DNA of 25,374 nt, taken from the NCBI GenBank assembly GCA_964637065.1, contig CAZWTI010000015.1:1-25374 (forward strand). Direction: 5' to 3'. The translations under genes and the position numbers were made by a program. This stretch comes from an uncultured Puniceicoccaceae bacterium (GTDB lineage: Bacteria; Verrucomicrobiota; Verrucomicrobiia; Opitutales; Seribacteraceae). Positions 17,016 through 24,085 of the stretch are shown here, one piece after another; position 1 is the stretch's first letter; the number at the start of each line of letters is the position of its first letter. The notes beneath the pieces were generated by a model. That model saw only the letters and a list, made by a program, of their open reading frames with translations, made no database searches and was not told the origin of the DNA.

Positions 17016-19961
17016 CTAGTGGAGATAGAGAAACTCGTTTGAGTTAAGCAAAGCCTGACAAAAGTCGCTGACCGCAGCAAGGGTAGGGGAGGTGTCCGCG
17101 TTTGGTTTTGGAATAGAGCGACGCAGCCAAGAGGTGGACGGTGCTGGGGTTTCTCCTTGAGAACCGTTGAAGTTCCAGTCGAAGAGCCTGACAGGCGCTT
17201 TGGGTGGATTGGAGACTAGAAGGTCTTTTTTTGAGAGTGTTGCGGGGGTCAATACGAGCCGAGCTAGTTGACCGTCCCAGAGGTGCCCTATTTGGTCCCG
17301 CCCGCCAATGAGAAACTTTGTAGCCGCTTTTTGCAGGCGATTCGCAACATTGAAGTCAACTTGGGAGCTTTGCAGAATGGCATCGGCTATGGAGAGGTCG
17401 AGAAAATGAAAGGTGGCGTTGCTCTTGCCGTCAGAGCTTGTGGAGATAGAGGTCGCTAGATAAACGGGTTTGCCCAAGGGGATTCGAAGGTTGGATGGAA
17501 CTACTTCATAGATCAAGTCACCGCCTATGTTCTCGCCGATGACTTGGAGAATGAAGTTTCGTGGGTCGTAACGTGATTTGGCACTCGTTACGCCGAAGGT
17601 CCAACCTGGGGAGCGATGATTCCCGTTCCATCGGGATGCAAGGGTATTTACGCTGGCGTCGGCGTGAATGGCGTCCAAAGTGACGACGACCTCAATGGTG
17701 AAGGAATCACCTAGGTTGGAAGGCGCAGTCCATTGCAATTGTTCGAAGCGGCTTCCTGGTTGAAGCCATAGTGAGCGTGATCCTAACCCGAAGAAATCGG
17801 CGTCCACCTTGTCAAAAGCTTGTTCAATGGGACGAAGGCCATTCTCGTGTGGAAATTTGTCGGACCTTTGTGCAACATTTGATTTTGGAGCAGAGATGTG
17901 GGCAAGCTCGAGAAGGTAGGCAAGAGCATCGTCTCGCTCATCGTTGTCGGGGGGTCGAGCGTAGGCATAAACATATGCATCTTCAACTAATGAAGGATCA
18001 ATACTCTTTCTTTTTTTCAGAAGTCTTTTGGCAAATGCTCGAGCACGTATTCTTGGCCATTCGGAATTGGACATAAGTAGGGCTTGTTTGGGCGTAGTGG
18101 TTTTTTGGCGAGTGGGCGAGGATTCGAATCCAGTCGGGGCATCGAAGGCGGTTAGCACGGCATTTGGATTGTTTCGCATTTTTTTGAGATAGATCGAACG
18201 GACATTCGAACCATCCGAGTCGGAGGGACCGTCTTTCCTTTCACGAAGCTCGCCCGACAAGGCCAGCATGGCGTCTCTAACTTGTTCGGCGGAAAGGCGA
18301 CTTGGCGGAAATCGCCACAGAAGGCGATTGCCGGGATCGGTTAGCTTCGCTTGGGTAGAAGGTTCGTTCCGTGCAGTTTGACGATAAGTGGAGCTAGTTA
18401 GGATTAACTTGTGCAGTGGCTTAAGTCGCCAACCATTCTTGATGAATCGCCGTGTGAGCCAGTCTAGGAGTTTCGGGTGGGAGGGTGGCTCGCCAAGGGT
18501 GCCGAAGTCGTTTGGGGTGGGCACTATGCCTTGCCCAAAGTGTTGCTGCCAGACTCGGTTAACGATGACGCGTGTGGATAGCGGGTTCTTTTCATTCGTG
18601 ATCCATTCTGCGAGCGCGGTGCGGCGACCTGTGGAAAACTTGTTGGGGCTGATCTTTGGCGGAGGAAGTCCGAGGAGGGTGAGAAACGCGGGTTCCACCT
18701 CGGTCTTGTCTTTACTAGCTGGAATGAATGTACGGGCGGGTTTTTCGCTTATGTCAAACGTGATGAATGCGTCGATCAACTTTGGTTTCTTTTTCTCTGA
18801 CTCGGTCAGTTTAGCCTTTAGATTCTTGTAGGTGCTCATTTCCTCGGCTTTACCCTTTAACCTATCCTCTACTTTTTGCTTCCGCCGTTGCGCTTGTACC
18901 TGCCGCTCCACGAGTTGCACCAGTTGCTCCTCGTAGGTCGATCGCTCGGTTGCAGGTTTACGATATATCTCCTGCACATCTTTTGGGAACTGGTTTACGG
19001 CGAATTGAATTTTGCTTTTGTGGGCTTCGTTCTCGATGGCGGCGATTAGCTGTCGAAGTTCGAGCGTTTCCTTTTTCCATGCCTGTAGTGCGGCGAAATG
19101 CTCAGCCGTGCCCAACTTGCGGATTTCAGGCCACCAAACGCTTGAGAGGAAGCTTTGCAAGGAATAGTAATCCTTTTGTAAAAGAGGGTCGAACTTGAGG
19201 TCGTGACACTGGGCGCAACCAATTCCGAGCCCGAGGAACGCTTCGGCTGTCACGTTTGTCATCTCGTTCATGATGAGTTCCCATTGCATGCGAGCGTTAC
19301 GCTGGTTGTGCTCGTAGATGCCGAGACGCAGAAATGCAGTCGCGATCAGAACTTCGGGATCATCGGGAGCCAATTCGTCGCCCGCGAGTTGTTCACGAAC
19401 AAACTGATCATAGGGCTTGTCATCGTTGAGGGACTTTATCACATAATCTCGATAAAGGTAAACTGTGGGACGAAAGTCGTCGGCTCGGTAGCCATCCGAT
19501 TCGGCATAGCGAACGACGTCTAGCCAGTGTGTTGCCCAACGTTCCCCATAGCGTGGCGAGGCAAGAAGTTCATCGACGAGATTTTGGTAGGCTATTTCCG
19601 AATTTTTGCCGAACGAGGTCACAAAGACCTCCACTTGGCTAGGAGTTGGAGGAAGCCCATGTAGATCGAAGTAGAGCCGCCGAACCAGTTCGCGAGGACT
19701 TGCCGCGGGAGCTGGACTAAGATTGTTCTCGTCCAGTTTGCGGACCACGAAAAAGTCGATCTCGTTGCGCGCCCACGTCTCGCCGTTTTCGGGAACCGCT
19801 TGATTGCCCACTGGTTGAATCGCCCACCATGCCTTCTCCTCGTTGCTGAAAGCGTGCTTGTAGTCGGCACTCTCGGCAATACCGATCAAGGACAACGAGA
19901 ACAAGGTTGGTATAAGGGGCTTCAAGCGTAAACTAATCTGGCGTGTCATCCTTTTCCTCAT
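17016..19961 (-). CDS. DUF1549 (PSCyt2) + DUF1553 (PSD1) protein with inserted LamG/ConA-like domain
   Basis: WWAIQP, LVRRLYFDLHGLPPT, YGERWATHWLDVVRYAESDG, CAQCHD, RVIVNRVWQQHFGQG, TTPKQALLMSN, LLNSNEFLYL. LamG-like FTIEVVV...IGGRDQ...WDGQLARL. Alternative ATG 19949. Confidence 0.9.
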   Translation of the reverse strand: MRKRMTRQISLRLKPLIPTLFSLSLIGIAESADYKHAFSNEEKAWWAIQPVGNQAVPENGETWARNEIDFFVVRKLDENNLSPAPAASPRELVRRLYFDLHGLPPTPSQVEVFVTSFGKNSEIAYQNLVDELLASPRYGERWATHWLDVVRYAESDGYRADDFRPTVYLYRDYVIKSLNDDKPYDQFVREQLAGDELAPDDPEVLIATAFLRLGIYEHNQRNARMQWELIMNEMTNVTAEAFLGLGIGCAQCHDLKFDPLLQKDYYSLQSFLSSVWWPEIRKLGTAEHFAALQAWKKETLELRQLIAAIENEAHKSKIQFAVNQFPKDVQEIYRKPATERSTYEEQLVQLVERQVQAQRRKQKVEDRLKGKAEEMSTYKNLKAKLTESEKKKPKLIDAFITFDISEKPARTFIPASKDKTEVEPAFLTLLGLPPPKISPNKFSTGRRTALAEWITNEKNPLSTRVIVNRVWQQHFGQGIVPTPNDFGTLGEPPSHPKLLDWLTRRFIKNGWRLKPLHKLILTSSTYRQTARNEPSTQAKLTDPGNRLLWRFPPSRLSAEQVRDAMLALSGELRERKDGPSDSDGSNVRSIYLKKMRNNPNAVLTAFDAPTGFESSPTRQKTTTPKQALLMSNSEWPRIRARAFAKRLLKKRKSIDPSLVEDAYVYAYARPPDNDERDDALAYLLELAHISAPKSNVAQRSDKFPHENGLRPIEQAFDKVDADFFGLGSRSLWLQPGSRFEQLQWTAPSNLGDSFTIEVVVTLDAIHADASVNTLASRWNGNHRSPGWTFGVTSAKSRYDPRNFILQVIGENIGGDLIYEVVPSNLRIPLGKPVYLATSISTSSDGKSNATFHFLDLSIADAILQSSQVDFNVANRLQKAATKFLIGGRDQIGHLWDGQLARLVLTPATLSKKDLLVSNPPKAPVRLFDWNFNGSQGETPAPSTSWLRRSIPKPNADTSPTLAAVSDFCQALLNSNEFLYLH

Positions 19962-20017
19962 GGAAAGAAATGTAGCGAATTCACCACTCTTTCAAGGAGA
20001 TGGGAATGTGATTTAAC

Positions 20018-20992
20018 TCAAATGTCATTTATGGTCGGGATGCGATCAGCAAAGCCTGCAAAGGCTTTGTCAGGGTTCAATAGAAGTGGATAGTAGTCGC
20101 CGCCCATCTTTTCACCCTTCGGCACTCTCGGATAGTTGTCGGCTCCCGGAGCGTTTACCCCGTCGTCATCTCGGTTGCTCACCACGCCATCCGCAAAAAC
20201 GTTGATCAAGGTTGCTCGCCGTCTGCGATCGGAGTGGTTTTCATAGGACCCATGCATCATGAGCGGGTGATGGAAACTCGCCTCACCGGCCTTCATCTCG
20301 ATAGGAACCTTGCGGCCAAAGTCAGCTAATTGTTCTGGGGTTAAATTCTCCCGAATGGCGTCCATGTCGCCCGCCAAGCTTTTCTTTTCCAGCAAGCCCC
20401 AGTGATGACTCTTTGGAATGTAGAACATGCAGCCGTTCTCGACGTCGACGTCGTCAAGGCCCATCCAGCATGTGAGGTGAGACATCGGTTTTGTCCACGT
20501 CCAGTAGGAATAGTCCTGATGCCATGCGACCACGCTGCCGTGCTTGGCGGGTTTACTGAACAATTGGTCGTGGAAGAGACGGTAGCCTTTGCCCAGCAAC
20601 TGGTATGCTGCCATTAGAAAGGCTGGGTTCCACAGTATGTCGTGGAAGGCGGGTCGCACTCTCCAAGCGCCCAAGGCGTGAAAGAGTACGCTGTCTGCAT
20701 TCTCGGACTCGTTGCTATTGTACTCGTAAAAGTACTCGTTTCCCTCGTGCTCGGGTTCCACCATTTCCTCAAGCTGTTCTTTAAGAGCGTCCAACTGTTG
20801 CTCATTTAACAAACGTACACCGTGCAGGAAACCTTCTTCCTTGAATTGTGAAAGCTGACCCTCGCTCAAGGCATGTTTCAACCATTCCTCGGCATTTCGA
20901 GGTTGGGGGAATAACTCGGTTAACAATTCTTTGTCCAATCCCAAGTCGCTGACCATGACACCAAACCCTATGGGTGAATCCCATAGCGTCAA
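20018..20992 (-). CDS. PhyH-family 2-oxoglutarate/Fe(II) dioxygenase
   Basis: HDQLFSKP, AWHQDYSYW (HxD), CWMGLDD, NGCM, HHPLMMHGS (distal His), NHSDRRRRA. Alternative ATG 20956. Confidence 0.88.
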   Translation of the reverse strand: MTLWDSPIGFGVMVSDLGLDKELLTELFPQPRNAEEWLKHALSEGQLSQFKEEGFLHGVRLLNEQQLDALKEQLEEMVEPEHEGNEYFYEYNSNESENADSVLFHALGAWRVRPAFHDILWNPAFLMAAYQLLGKGYRLFHDQLFSKPAKHGSVVAWHQDYSYWTWTKPMSHLTCWMGLDDVDVENGCMFYIPKSHHWGLLEKKSLAGDMDAIRENLTPEQLADFGRKVPIEMKAGEASFHHPLMMHGSYENHSDRRRRATLINVFADGVVSNRDDDGVNAPGADNYPRVPKGEKMGGDYYPLLLNPDKAFAGFADRIPTINDI

Positions 20993-21004
20993 CCCCAGTG
21001 GCTT

Positions 21005-23146
21005 TCAGTTTTTGCGAGCGTCTGGAATAAGGGCTCTCGAAATTTGGTGTCCCGCCAGGAAGTAACCGATGGGCTTGTCCTTGTTGTCCGTGACCACCCA
21101 AGTATTGTTTGCGTAGGTGACCTGTGTCCTCTTTTCTTTAGGTTTGATTGTTCCGTATGCTTGGCGTTCGCCTTTGTATCCTATCCAGTAAAGCTTGACC
21201 GGATTTTCGGAATGGTTCTCGAAGATTACTTCCGTTTGTGGGCCTCTTTTTGATCTAGGCACAGCTTGAAAGTTAATCGAAGGGTGAAACTTCAAAGGTT
21301 CCGTATCCTTGTTTTCACCTCTTGAAAACCAGACCGACATGGATTTAGCCCCTCTATTTTCCCAACTGAAATAAGGCACTAGCTTAATGGAAGAAGGGCT
21401 TGGCTCACTGTCCGTCTTACGCATGCCGGGGAATCTAATCATGGTCATGCCTTTGAGTGTGCCGTTGGGAATCGTTGAGACATTGACCTGTTCGGGTTTG
21501 GGGATTGCAGGAAGAAAGACAAGCCTGACGGGACCATTATTGTCCACTCCCTCGGCACAAAAAACTAGGGGGCCGCATGTTACCGCCACGCGTTCCCTGT
21601 AAGCTTTTACTTTCTCTATGCACTCACTGAAGCGGACTGGCATGGGAAGATAGAGCTCTACTTCATCTCCTGAGTTCCAATTGCGGCCTAGAATTGCAAA
21701 CCCTTTCTCCATTTTTGCTTTCACGGGTTTACCGTTCAAGCGCAACTGCCATTGCTCTTTGGTTGGAGAGAGGAAGAAATAAAGTTCGCTTGGAATGAAC
21801 TTTTTTCCAGTCCAAGTAGGTATGCGGAGGCGTAGGTTGAAGGTTTGCTCGGTTTTTTTTGGGGTGATGGTTAGCTTGATTTTTCCGTCGAACGGATACT
21901 TGGTCCTTTGCGTGATTCCAACCTTGCCCGCCGACAAGGGGATATTGGTCGAACTTGATGCATAAAGGGTCACATAGATGTCGTTTTTGTCGTAACCATA
22001 AAAGTAACTTGGAACTTGGGGTATTGTACGGGCCACGCTGCCGTGACAGCAGGGAACACGCCTGTCTTCACGTCGTGCGGCATGACCTGCGGACTCGAGC
22101 ACGTTTGTGTAGAAGAACTTGTTTCCCGAAAGGCTTACGCCCGAGAGAAATCCGTTGTAGAGTACTGCTTCCATGACGTCGAAGTACTGAGCGTCCTTGG
22201 TAAGCATACCCAGACGGTAGTTGTAGAACACCTGTCCGGATGCGGCGCAAGTTTCGTTATACCCGCCGCGTCCTATTGCAAAGGGTTCACCAAAGCCTTC
22301 CCACCGGGAAACTGACCCCGTCCCTCCGGTAATGCAAATTCGGGTGTTTACCATGTTCTTCCAGATTCGCTGGGCAGCTTCGCCGTATTTACTTTCACCT
22401 GTCAGTGCGGCGACGTCTACGAGGGCAGACGCGAACCATCCGAAAGAACCAGCGTGTCCGCCGGGTTCATTCATTTCCTGCACGGGCTTGTGTTGTGCGG
22501 CGAACTTGGGCCATGTCCTTTGACCCGTCGCAGGCATCCCTCGAATGTCCATGAACTTCTGGGCAAGGTTCTTGAAATATTCTTCCCCAGTTGCTTGGTA
22601 GAGACTAACAATTGCCATCCCGTAGTAAGCATGGGATTCAGGTTCCTTGAGGTAGCTTCCGTCCGTGCCGAAATACTCTTCGTCCCTTTTCCGATACTCC
22701 TTCAAGGCCTCTTTCAGCCAATCGTTTTTCTTTCCTGTTGCCAGATACAAGAAAGCGGGAGCTTCTGGGACTGCTCCGAACCATTCGTTGCCTTCCCGAA
22801 TCGATTTCCCGATGTTCGAGCACATTCGCTCCATCATTTCGCGAAGTTCCAGATTTTCTTCCCTTCTAAGGCTATGGGAAACTCCTTCCAAGGTTCTGAC
22901 CAGGGCGAGTGCGGAGCGTCCGGGTTGAGGGTCGGCGTAATTTACTCCAAGCGCCTGCAGAACGTGAGGGATCGTGACATTTGCGTGGGTCTTCATTCTT
23001 TCCGACCAGAAACCTTCTTCGAGATTCACCTCACTTAGATCAATGGGGGTGATTGAGTAGCCAATCGGAGCGGGTTTAATTGCTGCGGGCACTCCATCCA
23101 CCAAGAGGCAACTCAGAATCCACCAAAAGAGTTGTCTAACGGTCAT
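21005..23146 (-). CDS. Exported GH127-family glycoside hydrolase with C-terminal VHL beta domain
   Basis: Signal peptide; QHKPV..GHA, ITGGTGS..EGF (E283), NETCAA (E298/C300), FFYTNVL, PCC (C366/C367), RLRIPTW, GPLVFCAE. C-terminal ~95 aa VIFENHS..LYWIGYKG..YG..TY..W. Confidence 0.88.
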   Translation of the reverse strand: MTVRQLFWWILSCLLVDGVPAAIKPAPIGYSITPIDLSEVNLEEGFWSERMKTHANVTIPHVLQALGVNYADPQPGRSALALVRTLEGVSHSLRREENLELREMMERMCSNIGKSIREGNEWFGAVPEAPAFLYLATGKKNDWLKEALKEYRKRDEEYFGTDGSYLKEPESHAYYGMAIVSLYQATGEEYFKNLAQKFMDIRGMPATGQRTWPKFAAQHKPVQEMNEPGGHAGSFGWFASALVDVAALTGESKYGEAAQRIWKNMVNTRICITGGTGSVSRWEGFGEPFAIGRGGYNETCAASGQVFYNYRLGMLTKDAQYFDVMEAVLYNGFLSGVSLSGNKFFYTNVLESAGHAARREDRRVPCCHGSVARTIPQVPSYFYGYDKNDIYVTLYASSSTNIPLSAGKVGITQRTKYPFDGKIKLTITPKKTEQTFNLRLRIPTWTGKKFIPSELYFFLSPTKEQWQLRLNGKPVKAKMEKGFAILGRNWNSGDEVELYLPMPVRFSECIEKVKAYRERVAVTCGPLVFCAEGVDNNGPVRLVFLPAIPKPEQVNVSTIPNGTLKGMTMIRFPGMRKTDSEPSPSSIKLVPYFSWENRGAKSMSVWFSRGENKDTEPLKFHPSINFQAVPRSKRGPQTEVIFENHSENPVKLYWIGYKGERQAYGTIKPKEKRTQVTYANNTWVVTDNKDKPIGYFLAGHQISRALIPDARKN

Positions 23147-23166
23147 TTACAATGACTAGAAAGTTT

Positions 23167-24030
23167 TCAGATGCCTGACGGTATGATTGCCTTGGCGTCT
23201 TCCTTTTCAGAAATAAAATAGCCGAGAGGCCTGTCCTCTTTGTCACAAACCATCCAAGTGTTTGCAGTGTAGGTGTTCTGCCTTCGAGTTTTTCCAGTCT
23301 CGATTTCTCCGTACAGACGCTTGTCGCCACCGTAGCTAATCCAGAACAACTTGATCGTCTTCTTCGATTTATTTTCAAAGAAGACAGTAATGTTTGGGCC
23401 GGATCTCGATTTCGGGGGATTGAACGTGGAAGCTGGGTTCCACTTTAGATTTCCCAGTTTCTTTGGAGGTTCAGGTGGAGGAAGGGCGGAGAGATCGGCT
23501 CCAGTGTCGATCACAAGGTTGGGGAGTGCCTTTTGTAGACGGCTTACACCCGCATCTGTCGCCTTGGTTTGCCAAAGATACAGGCGTCGTAATTTTTTAA
23601 ATCCAGTCAGGTGCTCCAGTCCCTTGTCCGTGACGGCGGTATCATAGAGATTTAGATATTCCAGACTCGAGAGCCCCTTTAGATGGGCCAGACCTGCATC
23701 GTCGACTTTCGTTCTTTCCAAATGCAAGCGCCGCAAACTTAAAAAGGTATTTAGGTGAACAAGTCCACCGCTGGTTATCTTTGTTCCTCCCAAGTGCAAG
23801 GTCACAACCTCTTTCAGGGCGCTTATTTTGGGCAAGTCTTTGTCCGAGAGTTCTTTTCCGCGTAGATGAAAGTCGACTTCCAGTTCACTGGATTTCTGAG
23901 AGACGTTGCTTACGGTAGCTCCCAGTTTCTCGATGGCGGACAATGTCACTTTGTCGACTGCCGAGACGCAAAACACGAACAGGCACATATGGAATGTGGC
24001 GATGAACAAAAAACTAATTATCCCTTTCAC
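23167..24030 (-). CDS. Exported leucine-rich repeat protein with C-terminal VHL beta domain
   Basis: GTG start, hydrophobic signal, ~4 LRRs of 24 aa, LPPPEPPK linker, then VFFENKS..LFWISYGG..YG..TY..W. Confidence 0.85.
   Translation of the reverse strand: MKGIISFLFIATFHMCLFVFCVSAVDKVTLSAIEKLGATVSNVSQKSSELEVDFHLRGKELSDKDLPKISALKEVVTLHLGGTKITSGGLVHLNTFLSLRRLHLERTKVDDAGLAHLKGLSSLEYLNLYDTAVTDKGLEHLTGFKKLRRLYLWQTKATDAGVSRLQKALPNLVIDTGADLSALPPPEPPKKLGNLKWNPASTFNPPKSRSGPNITVFFENKSKKTIKLFWISYGGDKRLYGEIETGKTRRQNTYTANTWMVCDKEDRPLGYFISEKEDAKAIIPSGI
23521..23820 (-). repeat. Leucine-rich repeats, 24-aa period (protein-level)
   Basis: LKEVVTLHLGGTKITSGGLVHLNT / FLSLRRLHLERTKVDDAGLAHLKG / LSSLEYLNLYDTAVTDKGLEHLTG / FKKLRRLYLWQTKATDAGVSRLQK. 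Confidence 0.9.
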
Positions 24031-24085
24031 GCTGCTTCAAGTTGGGATTCTTTTGAAAAACCTCAAGTCTGGATCAAGATGAGGC

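Noticed and set aside
22454-23038. 194-aa plus-strand ORF
   Set aside because: Antisense shadow of the GH127 gene. The other short nested ORFs in the track were rejected for the same reason.
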